64,000 nucleotides of DNA from Eledone cirrhosa (lineage: Eukaryota). The notes beneath the pieces are model-generated. The model was not told the DNA's origin. It made no database searches and saw only the letters and a program-made list of their open reading frames with translations. Below, piece after piece: positions 38,576-52,784 of the stretch. Made by a program: the position numbers and the translations under genes. The stretch lies in the NCBI GenBank assembly GCA_964016885.1, contig OZ024748.1, positions 15,004,001 through 15,068,000 on the forward strand, in the 5' to 3' direction. Numbering within the stretch: the stretch's first letter is position 1; each line of letters opens with the position of its first letter.

Positions 38576-39323
38576 TAAAATAGTGAAATATTTGAAAAAT
38601 CTCCTCAACAAAGGCAAAAGTTTAACGGGCAAAAAAAATAAATAAATAAATAAAAGTAATGCAAGATATATATAAAAATAAAATAAGGAAATATAGTAAG
38701 GGTATGTGTATAAATGTGTGTATATGCACCTACAAATGTACATATGTGTGTATGTACAAATTCATGTGTATAGCGAAAAAATGTGTGCGTAAGTACATAC
38801 ATGAGGGCAAGCATATCAGTGTATGTGTGACCACAAATACGTATATAATATATGTTGAAAAAAGAAATTGTAAGATAATAGAGTTAACGTACAAACAGAC
38901 TCAGGGACTAAGGATTGAAATATATACACATACAAGTATGAAAGCACACGTATAAACACACACACACGCGCAACTACATACATGCAAGTGATATATACAG
39001 GGAAGGGAGTGTATGAGTCAAAGCAGTGTTAGGCTGAAGGTCGATACATATATAAAAAATATAAAATATGAAAAAATGAAAATATATATGAGAATAAAAA
39101 AAATTGAATCAAAGAGAAAGTAAGAAGGAGGGGTTATGAATTATAAAGTAACACTAGAAAAAAATAGAAAACATACATAGGTTCGTACACACACATATAT
39201 AAAAATATATATATAAATACGTACAGACAAAAGCACATACAAGCGTACATACAAAATCGCGCATATATACACACGAAGCACATATATATATACATACATG
39301 TACATCTAATCACACGCACGCGA

Positions 39324-39390
<67 letters not shown>

Positions 39391-39869
39391 CATACATATA
39401 TATAAGTATGTAAAAACATAGATATAAAAACACACATACACACACATATACACGCGCACATACGAATGCATTCGTATACAAATACAAACACGTATACACG
39501 CACACTTACACGCGTACATTCAATATAAAAACCAGCCGTATGAATAAATGAGTACAAATTATATGCAAGTAAACACACATAAAAGCGGCTGAGGGACAAC
39601 AGAATATATCTGGAGTTGAAAACGCAAGTGACATGTTATATCAGGTAGTGAAAGAAAGGGGGGAAGTGAAATATGTAAAATTGTGAAGATATATAAAGTA
39701 AGTAAATCAAAAAGCAGAGGGGGGGGGGGGGGGTCAGTGGTGGATGTGAAGTAAAAATAAAGTTAAAAATAAAAATAAAAGTAAATCAGAAAGCGAAGTC
39801 TGTAAAGAGGCTAATTTAAGGAAAGTGAAGAACAAGAGTTTATGGAGGATAAGTATATGAAAGAAGTTA

Positions 39870-41347
39870 AGTTTATATGAGCTGGAAAGCAAGTGTGATT
39901 TCATGTGTGGGCAACTGGTGAAAATTTCTATTTTTGCATTTAGGCAGGTTTTTGGTGATTTAAGGTTCTTAAAATCCAATATTTTTCACTTATGCAGAGT
40001 GCGCATCTTCTTGTTCCTCTTGCATATTCTTTAGATTGGTTCTAAATTGACCAATCTAATTTATATTGGATACCTTGGTCTTTCAAATCCCATATTCTGC
40101 TAGCCAGAGCTGTTGTAAATCTTTTTTCAATAACGCGTTTTGAATTTGTCTTGTGTCATACCCACATATCGTTCGCTTGTGGCTGGTAGGTTGTTGTTGT
40201 TGGTTGTCACTTTAGCCGCATATACAATGGCTTTGGTGTTGCAATTACCTTGTAATGGGCATTCACTTTTGACTCTACAGGAGCAATTTTGATGTTCTCT
40301 GGGTATTTTCTTATTGAGGATACAAGATTTAATAGGGGGACCGCAGGAGTAGCTGATTTTGACACAGTTTCGATTGAAGATCTTATAGTATCTATGTGTT
40401 CTAGAGAAATGTTTATCTAAGAGCTCTAGGAATGTTTTGCCTACATTAGTTTTAACTGCTAAAGAGTAGGGGCTGTGAACCAGATTATTTTTCTTTTCCT
40501 ATTATTATGTTTAAAGGAGTTAGTATTGTTGGGTATGTACTTAATCGGTTCCCTAAATCCGCTATTTTGAAGGGCTTTATGATAGTAGGGGGATACCTTA
40601 TTGAAAATAGCTTCTGAGGAAGAGAGGGTGGAGATCCTACGGCTAATATTAGGGATACGATTTTTTTTAAACTATAGGAGGATGGCAAGAGCCTTTATTT
40701 ATATATTTTAAATTTTCATAGGTTTATGGTACGGTTTATAAGAAGCAGTAGGCAGATCTAGGTTTATATTGAGAAAGGTTAGTGTCAATGGTAATTTTAT
40801 ATTAGAAAGGTTAGTGTCAATGGTAATTTTAAGATTAAAACTAGCGAAGGTTTTTATTAAGTCTTTCCTGAATCTATCTAATTCATGGCCTATAGTGGTA
40901 TGGGAAATATGGGAAAGTATTAGACCATCGTCGCGATAAATCAAAAAGGTATGGTTAGGGAATTTCTCTTTAAGTGTGTGTAGGAGGAATAGGCCGACTA
41001 AATCACACACGTCAGCACTGTCAAAAGAACCCATTGAGACATCGAATGGGTTCTCTGGGTTAGATTTTTTTACCCAAGGGTCATTATTAGTAAATAGTAA
41101 AGTGTTTCTAGCATGCAAAATGACATTCTCTTCAATATCAGAAATATTGATAAACTTTCTAGCGAAATTTAAGGCTTTCGTTAAAAGAGGGTGAGTAATA
41201 GACGGGTAGAAGTCTACAATGTCAAATTGGGTGAATCTAGAACTATTTTTATCTTTAATATTATTAAACCAATGTACTACGGAAGAGCTATTTATCCATT
41301 GGAGTAATTCAGACTTACTTCAAATATGTTTGTTTATATTATTTAAT
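39870..41347 (-). pseudogene. Penelope-like reverse transcriptase plus GIY-YIG endonuclease ORF, disrupted
   Basis: RT motifs FTQFDIVDFYPSI, FDVSMGSFDSADVCDLVG, IYRDDGL and TFLNINLDL...YKPYHKP; linker CSCRVKSECPLQGNC; endonuclease AIVYAAKV...RYVGMT..KFKTRY, TALASRIWDLK and RRCALCISEK. Multiple stops and frameshifts plus a ~32-bp internal duplication at 40768-40830. Confidence 0.9.
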
Positions 41348-41469
41348 ATTCGTTCGTCAGACAAGGCAATTTAAAACATAGTGAAATATTTGAAAAATCT
41401 CCTCAAGAAAGGCAAAAGTTTATATATAATTATTTATATATATACATATATATTTATATATATAAAGTT

Positions 41470-41501
<32 letters not shown>

Positions 41502-41535
41502 AAGTTTATATATATATATATATTTATATATATAA

Positions 41536-41600
<65 letters not shown>

Positions 41601-42144
41601 CATATATATTTACTCAGAACATTTCATATAATATTACAATTTTTACTCATCTGTTTCATAGAAAAATTATTATAATTTTTATATATAATATAGTTTGCAA
41701 TTTTTATTCAGTTGTCTTTTCTTTAAAAATAAATTATTACAATTTTTATATATAATAACTTAGGACTTTTTACTCACATGTACTTTTAAAAAAATATAAC
41801 AGAAAGTAAATATTTTGCTTCAAAGCAAACATCAAACTAAGTGAAAATATTTGCAATAAACAGATAATTTTTGTGGCTGTCATGAGAAAAGTTGGCAATT
41901 TCTTTATAAAATATCATAATAGAAAAAGTTATGATTCCTACTAATATCATGCGTTTCAGGCTATTTTAGATAAACATCAAAAATCATCCCACCCATGAAA
42001 TTCTGGCAGATATTATTCAGTGAGTAAAATAGAAATTTGATTATAAGCTATTTCGTATTTTCTTTAAAGTTTATTCTGAAATAAATTGATAGCAAAATTA
42101 GTTTTTATGTTAAATTTCATCTTCTATAATTTCATCTATATTCT

Positions 42145-42147
<3 letters not shown>

Positions 42148-42232
<85 letters not shown>
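42148..42232. repeat. Long perfect (GA)n microsatellite
   Basis: Directly visible. Confidence 0.97.
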
Positions 42233-42235
<3 letters not shown>

Positions 42236-42824
42236 CAGCTTAAAGTGTTAAAACGAAGAAAACGAGTTTAGCAAATAGCAAATATATATACAAAACAGAA
42301 GAGAACAAAACACCATTGAATTATAGGAAAATTTTCTCTGCCAGTTACGATATAGAATTCGAATTTTAAAAGAAAACCAAAGTCAAAGTATCCTTTTTGA
42401 AAATGAAAAGCTGATGAAAAAGAAAATTTAATAATGAAAACATATAAACAAAAAAAATGAAGTGTGAAAAGGTAAGTTTGAATATTTATGAAGCTGCCAA
42501 TAGCTTGTCTGATTGAATTTAATTTGTTTAAAGCAATTGTCTGGAGACAAAAACTACTTTCAGCAATACAGCAGCACATTTTAAAGGTGCACACATATAT
42601 ATTACAGTATATATTACTACATATATACTGCTCTTATTATGGATTACTATATTATATTACTATATAAATCTTTGTTTCTAACCAATAAATACTCAATATA
42701 AATGGTTTAAAAACCAATGAGAAATAAATATATTTTATAATAGTTTGATTAATAAGTTAGAGTATATGTAGATATGTGTGCAAATACGTTAGAGTAAGGG
42801 ATAACTAAAGTTTGGGATTTTCAT

Positions 42825-43060
42825 AACATGGCCCAACCATCTCCCTTCACAACATTCATCATCACAAACAATTCCTCTCAACCAATCCCTTCCATCATTC
42901 CTCAACACATGATCCAGCCATCTTATTTCATTTATCTTCACAACATTCACCACTGGCTTTATTCCCAACACCTACTGCAATTTATTATGTTTGTCTTCCT
43001 ATTGAATATATTTCATATGCAATACATGTCACAATGTGATAAGTCAAAATCAATACTGAG
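42825..43060 (-). mobile_element. Old RTE-like LINE fragment
   Basis: LGIKPVVNVVKINEIRWLDHVLR...RWLGHVMK; the RW.GHV motif appears twice. Confidence 0.6.
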
Positions 43061-43349
43061 TAAAGTTTGTGGATTGAAATTACCATAACAAAATTAAAGT
43101 TCTTTCTTAGTCAAAGGCTTATCACCAATTTCCTTCACATTAAGTGATTGAGAGTACAAACTACTCCCCCCCCCCGGTCAGGATCTGTCACAGGATTAAC
43201 TCCTCAGTTACTGCTGGTACTCACACTCAGTTGAGCCAAACACCCTTACCACAAAGCTATGCATCTTCACCTATCGATGTATTTATGGAAGTAGAATGTG
43301 GAGAAAATGCAGCATACAAAGAAAACCCTATTGCATAGCAGTTGAAAAA

Positions 43350-43585
43350 GGGACACATAGCTAAGGAATCTGTAGACTTGTTACGTGTCCTTAACATAAT
43401 TTTAAGAGAAGTTCAGCATGATATAGTAATAAGTTTTGACCTTTTAAATTTCAGATGCAACTCAATGTGCAGCTGAGTGGACTCGGGCAATGTGAAATAA
43501 AGAATCTTGATTAAGGATATAACAGGCAGCTGGGAATTGAACACCTGACTTTATGATTGTGAGGTGAACACTAAGCCATGCATTT
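43350..43585 (-). mobile_element. SINE family B variant
   Basis: cagctgagtggactcgggcaatgtgaaataaaga...gggaattgaac...cactaagccatg; 43350-43470 resembles 25720-25875. Confidence 0.6.
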
Positions 43586-43974
43586 TCAACTATAGACCTA
43601 TTTATGAAAGGAACAGGGAGGAATGTTGAAAAAATGCAACATGTCAAGACTGTCCAACTAAACAGCAGATGATAAAGGCTCACATATTAGAATGAGCAGT
43701 GTATGGTGTTTCAAACTGGATCAATTGATTATATATGGGCATTCAACCGACTACCTATATATTCCGTAGATCTACTCAATCACAGATGACTACTACTACT
43801 ATTATTACTACTACTACTACAACAACAGCATCAAAGCTATTTTCCTCCCCTCAAGAGAAATAATTTGCTTGTTACATAATAAGATTACATTCACAAAGTA
43901 TTCTCGCATTTGTATCCATGTCTTCATATTCCATTTTTGTCATAATCTCAGTGAAGCAAGCATCTATTGATGCT

Positions 43975-44250
43975 GGTCACTTACAATCAGTCATGCCTCA
44001 GAGGAAGACATCCCAGAGTGGATGTGATATCACTCTATCTATCTAACATTGTCGTTATTATGGCATTATTACACTTTAAGAGCAGTCATGCCTCAGAGGA
44101 AGATATCACAATGTGTATGTGATATTACTATAGCTAACATTGTCTTATTGCAATATTACACTCTAATATCAGTCATGCTTCAAAGCTAGATATCCCAGTG
44201 TATGTGATATCATTGTAGTTAACATTCTCCTTACCATGGTATTACACTTT
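43975..44250. repeat. Three diverged ~87-95-bp tandem units
   Basis: cagtcatgc(c/t)tca anchors at ~43988, 44083 and 44170, each followed by atgtgatat...taacatt...tattacact. Confidence 0.85.
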
Positions 44251-45305
44251 AACTCTTTGATACCAAAAACCATCCCTGGTTCTATAATACAAAGCTGCAT
44301 ATTAATTCTCTAAAAAGTTTCCAACATAGTTTTATAGTAGAACTTTTAAGTTATCTTCCAAAGACCAGCTTCACAATGAAAAGGTTAGTTATCATATATT
44401 CCTAAATCCCTTCAAATTCTTGATTATTTTCATTTGAAAGATGCTAAAGGGTCACTGCTACAACTACCACCAATAACAACACTGCCCCCATCCTCACATA
44501 TCTCACCACTACCACAACTACCACCACCACTACTACAATAAAACCTTTATCATTTCACATTATATTAAAATGCTTCATTAATTTTAATTCCTATTTTGAT
44601 ATTTTCATGTAATATGTTTATTTATATATTTTTTGGCTCATTGAATTTAATATGATTAGAAATTAATTATTCCCCTCAGTTTAGTTTTTCTATTCATTAA
44701 AATTTCAAATATTTAATTTTATGTAAGAAATAAAACATATGAAGTTCTTATAATCAAACAATTATCAAGGTGGGGAAGAGGAAATAAGCAAATAAAAACA
44801 TTTTTTTGCAGTATTTAAACCTTTCATTAGTGGCAGTAAGAAATTCTTAAAAGAGCTGGACACCAGAAGGTCTTCAGTGAAGAAATCCACCTAAAGCGAT
44901 GTTCCAGCCCTATATTCCTCATGAAAGACACTGCCTATATTTTAAAAATAATTTTGAAAATAATCAAGACATTTGAAGGTTTTAGTAACATAACTAACTT
45001 TTTATGAAGCTGGTGTTTGGAATATAACTTAACCCAGGCTCTTACATTAATTTAAAAGGGAAGATCTCTAGATAATTATAAACACTTTAACCCTTTCATT
45101 ACCCTATCTCTAAAGAAAGACACTATGATTTTCAAATAATTTGTAAAGATTTAGTAACCTAACTAATTTTCTCATCATTAAGCTGGTGTTCAGAACATAA
45201 AATTATGATGGAAGGTTTTTAAATAAATATAAACACTTTCAAATAAACAGCTTTTTATTGTAGAACCAGCTTCAGTTTCAAGCAATTTGGTATCAAAATG
45301 GATAA
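44248..45305. mobile_element. Cluster of three TTAA-MITE family copies (44248-44452 minus; 44905-45085 and 45088-45305 plus)
   Basis: Shared aagacactg, aagctggtgtt..gaa.ataa, tagaaccag and ggtatcaaa segments; ttaaccctttc start at 45088. Confidence 0.6.
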
Positions 45306-45733
45306 TAGAATTTTGAATATCTCACAAAATAAAATATTTACTGCAATACAATTGCAATTAATGCATACACTGAATTAAAGCACATTTTTCAAGATTAAAA
45401 TTTTGCATATTTTCATAAGATTTTATTTGATTTTATCATTGTATTATTTATGATAATTGAACATACAATAATTTTATTCTCTTATCAAATAATGGACACA
45501 CTTTACATTATTACAATACATACTTGGCAATTTTTATAGAAATTCTTTTTAGACTTCTTTAGAATATGTAAATTATGCATATAGATCATAGATGTGTATT
45601 GACTATCCATGGTAGTCTTTTTTTTATTCATAAGTATTAATGTCTATCTATTCATCTTTATTTATCTATTTATGAATGTATTGGTTTCACAATCTATCCA
45701 TTTAACTACCCATCATATATCTAGTAACCTATT

Positions 45734-45777
<44 letters not shown>

Positions 45778-45909
45778 AGATTAAGTATGCAAAATGGGTT
45801 TCTACAACAATTTATTCAGAAATTTGCATATATCTATATAAGTGAATATATAATAATTTAACATTCATAATTTCTATGCCAGCATGGATAAATGTATGTT
45901 AAATGATAA

Positions 45910-46072
45910 TGTGTGTGTGTGTGTGCGTGCGCACGCATATGTGTGTGTGTATGTGTGTGCATGTGTGCGTGTGCATGTGCATGTGTGCGTGTGCATGTGT
46001 GTGTGTATGTGCGTGTGCATGTGCATGTGTGTGCGTGTGTGCATATGTGTTTGTACTTGTGCATGTGTGTGT
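45910..46072. repeat. (GT)n/(GCAT/GTGC)n alternating purine-pyrimidine tract
   Basis: Directly visible. Confidence 0.9.
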
Positions 46073-46354
46073 TTTAAACTGTAGGCATATGTTGATATCT
46101 GTATTTAGTTGATAACATATATTGACAATATATGTGCTGCCTAAATATATCAGAAGTTATTTTTAGCAACACATAAATGTTTTCTATCAATGATACACAT
46201 GTTAAACTGTATAATTCTCAACAGAGTTATATTGCTACAATTTGCCCAGGCCAGACATTAAATGTAGGTTCCTAAAACAGGTAACATGTCCACGTCAGAT
46301 GTGAAATGTAGGGTACTAAAACTGGTAACATGCCCAGGTCAGATGTGAAACACG

Positions 46355-46510
46355 TGGACTTCTGCAGTTTCTCTGCACCAAAATCCACTTCCAAAGCATT
46401 GGTCAAATTTTGACTGTAATAAAAGAAACTTGTCCAAGCTGCTGCACAGCTAGACTATATCCAGATCTGTGTGGTTGCTAAGTGCACTCATTAACCACAT
46501 TGCCATGCCT
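46355..46510 (-). mobile_element. SINE family C, diverged
   Basis: cttctgcagtttctctgcaccaaaatccact..caaagcattggtca...cttgtccaag...ttaaccaca. Confidence 0.65.
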
Positions 46511-46623
46511 AAATCTGTGTATACACAGAGACACACCTCTGAATAGTATAGTGCTACATTTTGTACATAGTTACCCATCTATAAACATCTTATATAGTAC
46601 ACATACACACACATATGTATGTA

Positions 46624-46666
<43 letters not shown>

Positions 46667-46670
<4 letters not shown>

Positions 46671-46760
46671 TCATCATCATTTTACATCCGCTTTTCCCTG
46701 CTTACAAGGGTAGGACGGGTCCTATTCAGCATAGCATCTCTCCACTTGTCACGGTCGTTA
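46667..46760 (-). mobile_element. Very short RTE LINE 3' end with (TGA)n tail
   Basis: Minus translation DRDKWRDAMLNRTRPTL..., then gcggatgtaaaa(tga)n. Confidence 0.7.
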
Positions 46761-47532
46761 TATACATTATATAAAACTTAAAAAAAAACATAGAGCACCC
46801 AGTTACATTACAGCAAAACTGATAAAACTCATAACGTAATATGTGAGTCATTGAAGGTTGATTAAAAAAAAAAAAAATTTATAGTAAAAATGTTCTTTAC
46901 ATTGTCATAATTAGGTGATGAATGTAAACTTAAGAAGAACGAAACTGATTGAAAAATAGATTTATCTGTTCTAAAAGACAACAACAACAACAAATAAAAA
47001 GCACTAATATAATTGGTGAAATAATAATCTAATAACATTTGTAGCAGAATGTGTTTTATATCTTTAGAAAAGAGAAGATTGTTTGTAAAAACATTAAATC
47101 AACGAAACTGTTGACAGAAATGGAAAGTTTGAAAAAGGATCTTTTGTAGATTATAAAACCTTTTAAGTAGAATGAATGCAGACATCAATAAGTCAGATAG
47201 ATATTCAATATGTTTTCCTTTTTAAGCAATGGAAGTGAAATTCCCCTCAGCTTTACATCAGAACCTAATAATATTCTGGTGGTGAATATGTTATCCAAGC
47301 TGTACTGTCATGGGAAAAATGGACATTCAAGCAACAATGATTGAAAGTATCTGCTATAATTCAATGTAAATATGAAGGAACATAGATAAATGGTGCGAGC
47401 CAAAGTTTCAGCAGATGAAATAACTTGCTAAGAAATGTTCAAATGTTTGTAAACATTATTCATGATTGCTAAACTGAGATTTATAACAGTGGCTGCTGTT
47501 ATGAGAATATAATTGCATACATGATGATGATG

Positions 47533-47573
<41 letters not shown>

Positions 47574-48199
47574 CATCATCCATCATCATCATTTAACATC
47601 TATTCTCCATGATAGCATGGGTTAGATAGGGCAACCCATTGTGAAACAAACCAGATCTGATAGCCATGATTTGCTGATATATATATGTGTATGCGTGTGT
47701 ATATAGCAGGGAAAATGGATGTTAAAAAATTATAATCTCTCTCTCTCTCTCTCTAGCATGGAAAATGGACGTTAAATGAAGATACTTACATGAATATATA
47801 TAAATACACACACAACAGGCTTACATCTACAAGGAATTAGTCAACCTGAGGCTATAGTGAAAGGCACTTACCTCAGGTGCATAGTGTACTACTAGACAAC
47901 CCATGACCCATGGGGTCACGTTCACTTAAACATATTTTTAAAAAATCTATTCTCTCACAACCATTATCTCTTTCTCTGTATCTTTCTCTCTCTCTATTTG
48001 TGAAGGTATGCGGAAAAAGCCCGTATCTTGGGAACCCAAGATTTATTGTTTTTTTTCCATTTATTGTTTTATTCCATTTGTATTCCCATTTCAATGGCAA
48101 CTTCCTTTCAAAGTATTTTCCCATTATGCACTGTTTTGACTGTATTAAATCACAGACTAGCAAACATTCACAGAGGTTTAGTAGTATATAGATTACATT

Positions 48200-48645
48200 T
48201 GGCATAGTTACTCTATTAACCATAGTGTAGCCATACTATTAGTATTGCTATACTATTTAACATAGTGTAGCAATACTATTGGTATTGCTATACTATTTAA
48301 CATGGTATAGCAAAACTATTAGTATTGCCACAATATTACCCACAGTGTAGCAAAACTATTAGTATTGCTATACAATTTATTATAGTGTAACTATACTATT
48401 GGTATTGCTATACAATTTATTATAGTGTAATGATACTATTGGTATTGCTATACTATTTAACATAGTTTAACTATACTATTGGTACAACTATACTATTTAT
48501 TATAGTGTAACTATACTATTGGTATTGCTATACAATTTATAGTGTAACGATACTATTGGTATTGCTATACTATTTAACATAGTGTAACTATACTATTGGT
48601 ATTGCTATTTATTATAGTGTAATGATACTATTGGTATTGCTGGAT
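48200..48645. repeat. Palindromic 40-bp minisatellite, ~11 copies
   Basis: Unit catagtgtagcaatactattggtattgctatactatttaa, in exact 40-bp phase from 48221 to 48501. Confidence 0.93.
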
Positions 48646-51204
48646 ACTATATTGACATTTCTGACAATAAAAACTACAGCAACGAAGGTAATGATAGAAT
48701 ATCTGTTTTCGGTGGGAGGGGAAAAATAAAAGAGTACAATGAAATCACATGGTATCTCTGTAGTTCTACAACAAGCAGGAAATAATTTCTGTTTCAAGCT
48801 TTGAATTGATCTGTCTTTCTTAATATTTTGCTCGTTTGATGTCAAATTTTTGAGGAACCTATAAGTGGTTATAACACTGACGAATGAAAGAACACATCAT
48901 AGAGTTAAGAAATTTGTCTCATGAAATCTGAGCTAAGATCTAATTTACTAGAAGTAGTTAATGTCTTGTAAATCCAATGTATAGAGGACCAATCACTTAG
49001 AGATTGGCAGCAAGCCAACACAATTGAAATCCATTTAGCAAACCTCTAAGAGGAAGGAAGCCATTGTATAAACAGAGCAGCTCTGTTGGAAAGCAAAGGT
49101 TACTCTCTGTGAATTGTTTTTCTTGAAGGCAGTCATTTAACACTCCTGCTTGGCGCTGCATTCACCAGAAAAAATATAGAACAACAACAGAAAATGGTGG
49201 GATTGGAAAGCAAAACAGAAGCAGAAACAGACAGATGATAAAATACATTTCCATGATGTATTAAGTTATACATACTGAATTATACATTATATATTATGCA
49301 TTACACATACGCAGAAACATACCACACATGCACACATACACACATATATATGTATATATACATATATATATAACAAACACACACACACACAGGCTCAGAC
49401 ACACCACACACACACACCCATATATAAACACTCACAAACACATACACTCAGACAAACACATGCACACACATATATACATACACACACAAACAAACACAGA
49501 CCTACTCAAACACATACATACACATATATGATAAACATAGCAGCAATTATTATATAAACATATCATCTGTACACAAATTAAATGTGTGCTCTACAATGTT
49601 ACCATTTCTCTTAGCTAATGGCACCAAGTGAAAACTAAAATAGCAACTATTGAGATATATGTAGAATATATGCCACTTTTTTAGCAAAAATATTACACCA
49701 TATAATTTTCTCTAGATTCTAGACATCTATGAAGAGTATAAAACTTTGTGAAAACAACAATGATGATGATGATGCTAATAATAGTGACAATAACAAAAAC
49801 AACAATCAATAGAAACAACACCAAAAGCATCATTGCACATAGCGAAGGTGCATGGAGCCTTACTCGGTAACACAGAGACAACATGTAATTAAAAGAAGAC
49901 TAATGAAAGATGATGATGACAATGATGATAATGATGCTGATTGACAATGATGATGATGATTATGATGCTTATAACGATAATCGTCATCATGATAATAATA
50001 ATTGTTTCACCGATATACTTGTACATAAAATGTTTGTGTGACTTAGTCCAAAGTATGTAAAATAATATGTACATGATCTGTTACAGTAAGGTAGATTATA
50101 TATAATGGTTATTTTGTAGAATGTTTATGTTGAAAATGTAGTAATATTAATAAAAAAACATGCCGGACCTAATTTTCCAATAAGTTGTATTACTACTAGA
50201 AAGCTACTCTGTGTATTGTAGCTATGTCTTATAAAACTAGTCATTTATGATATGATGATTCTTTATAAGACAGTCAGTTGGCAGAGTCATTAGAACAACA
50301 TATATAAGGCTTTTGGGGGTATTTTTATGGCTTTCTGTGCTGTGAGTTCAAATTGTACCAAAGTCAACTTTGTTTTGTAACCTTATAAGTTTGATATATA
50401 AAGTACCTGTCAACTACTGGGGGTCAATTCTTCTTCTATATCTCTTTTTCTTTCCATGGAGTTTTCTCACTGTTCTGATCTGAAGAAGGATGGGCTCTGC
50501 CAGGTTTAAATGCTCAAGACATACCATATTTTATGTTTCCTTCAGGAATATAATGACCATGGTAGGGCATGGTCTCTTTATAGTTTACTTACAACTCAAA
50601 CATCTTCTTCTCCCCTACCCCCTCTTCCTGCTTCTATTTATTATTCCTCCTCCTCCACTTATTCAAGGGGGGTGTCTTGAGGTCAGAGTCATCAAGCACT
50701 CCTTCCAGAAGGTCCTGTTAGATTTGAATTAAATTTTTATATTCAGAGAGCAGCAGACCAGCAGAGTTGTTAGGATGTCAGATAATTTATATTGAAGTAT
50801 TTTCTCTACACTTTGAGTTCAAATCCCACCAAGGTCACCTTTGTTATGAATCTATTCACAATTGATAAAAAGGGGGATTAGTCTGTGGTATATCATAGCA
50901 TCAAGAATGAACATTTCAAATGAATCAGTAATTTATAAATTGAATTAATAGACAAGATTGCATCATGTATGAAAATCAGTGAATCCAATTTAAGAGAATC
51001 CCTAATAATAGATGCAAAGGAAATAATATTACAGAAAGGTAGTTGGTTGCTGAAGAGATCCCATCAATGACTTAAACTAGCCTCAGTGATCCATATATTT
51101 CCACCCACGATAAATGTTCATAAAAGAAATGATAGTTTCTTAGAACTGCCCAACTCTCAAATATATTTATTTAATTAATCTCAATTAATTTACACATGCA
51201 ATGG

Positions 51205-51545
51205 GTTGGGAGGACTCTTCAGTTGTGTCAAAAATATCACAGTCTCCCTAGAGTTTGGTCACAATATATGTACCATAAAAGGCTTGCCAAACAAAGAGTT
51301 AGGAGGACCTTCATTTGTGTGAAAGAAATGAAAACCTCTTTTGTCTACTCAGTAGAATGTGAGACTATACACATAAGATAGAGACAGATCCCTGACCTCT
51401 CTGGGCGATCAGTAGGAGGGCCCTCAATTGTGTCAAAGACCTGGAAACCTCTCTTGTCTACTTCAGTAAATGGCCTATGTAGACCTGTCCAACCCTTGCT
51501 AGCAGGGAAAGTGGATGTTAAAATGATAATGTTGATGATGATAGT
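51205..51545 (+). mobile_element. RTE-related 3' UTR with internal repeats and (GAT)n tail
   Basis: Homologous to 16905-17100; ends ccaacccttgctagcagggaaagtggatgttaaaatgat. Confidence 0.65.
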
Positions 51546-51914
51546 GGTGGTGTTGATGATGATGAAGTGCCAGCTTAAATCAAAAGTTTTGTTCTATTAG
51601 TAAGCATATCATACCATGAAAAAAAAACACAGACATTGCTAACTTGTCAGTAACATATTAACCTAGATATATTAATCTAGATATATTATGTGAAGAAAAG
51701 ATAATCAATAGAATGAAAACTGATGAGAAACAGCAACTGTAAGAAGAACATCAATTACATCAATCTCACTAGTCTCAGAGGGATTGAAAAGATGATGGAC
51801 GCAACTAACTCCTCCAGATCAAACCTTTAAAAGAAAAATCAAATGTAGAACGCCTTTCATCATAGATTTTCTTGACCAGGACTGGCCTATGCAATAAACA
51901 AAACACCAAAAACT

Positions 51915-52415
51915 TCTAACAACAACAACAACCCAACTATTGCCAAGAACAACATTAACAATACCACCAACATCAAAAACACCCCCACGAACAACAAAAG
52001 CACCACCAACCCCAATAATAAAATAATAATTTCCACCAATAACACCAATACTACTTATAACCTTACCCTTAAAATCAACCACACCACGAACATCACAAAC
52101 CAGAAATTCTTCTACTACTACCGCCATCATTAACCCCAACAACAACACCATGAAACCCACAAACACTACTACTGCTGCCATCATTAACCCCAACAACAAC
52201 ACCATCAACACCTACAACACGGTCACAGTAACAACACTAACACCAACACTGCAACCATCATAAATCCCACACCTACACCAACAACACAACCAACAACAAC
52301 ACCAACAACACCACTATAGCCATCATTAACTCCACCAGCACCACCAACAACACCACTACAGTCATCATTTACACCACCAACACACCACCACCAACAACAA
52401 CAACAACACCATCAT
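51915..52415. repeat. Degenerate (AAC/ACC)n low-complexity tract
   Basis: Directly visible; explains the Val/Gly-rich ORF 51819-52211. Confidence 0.85.
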
Positions 52416-52784
52416 TATTATATAAAAGCAAATTTCTTTTGTTTTTCAAAAGATTGAAGAGATAGAGAATGTCAAGAATGATTCCAGAGTTACACAAGTG
52501 ATATTGTAATCATAGTCTTTGTAAAATGATAGCATTTCCCTCTCTCTCTCTCTTCTCAATAAAACATATTATACCCCTTTTTAGAAGTGGCAATAACAGT
52601 CTATTGAAAATATTTAATGATTTCATAGGTTGATATGATGTAAATTTAGACAATTATAGGGCAATACATCATACATTCAATTGGAATATATATATCTTAG
52701 AATTAACATTTAACATATATACTCTCTCAAATGTGTTATTACTTATACATGTGTGTATGTGAGTATTGTTATCATTCATCATTT

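Larger units (their letters stand above)
38498..41422 (-). mobile_element. Penelope-like retroelement, 5'-truncated, partial tandem pseudo-LTR, flanked by (TA)n
   Basis: RT and GIY-YIG remnants; ~73-bp direct repeat at 38552-38624 and 41348-41422; hammerhead in the downstream repeat; (TA)n on both flanks. Confidence 0.88.

Noticed and set aside
46240-46350. Short tandem duplications (44 bp x2.5 here; also 56770-56805, 56960-57112 and 62472-62532)
   Set aside because: Ordinary slippage-type duplications with no further structure seen.
48200-48645. Possible CRISPR array (palindromic ~40-bp repeats)
   Set aside because: Units are contiguous with no unique spacers, there are no cas genes, and the context is eukaryotic. 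The same applies to 8075-8670 and 36648-37163.
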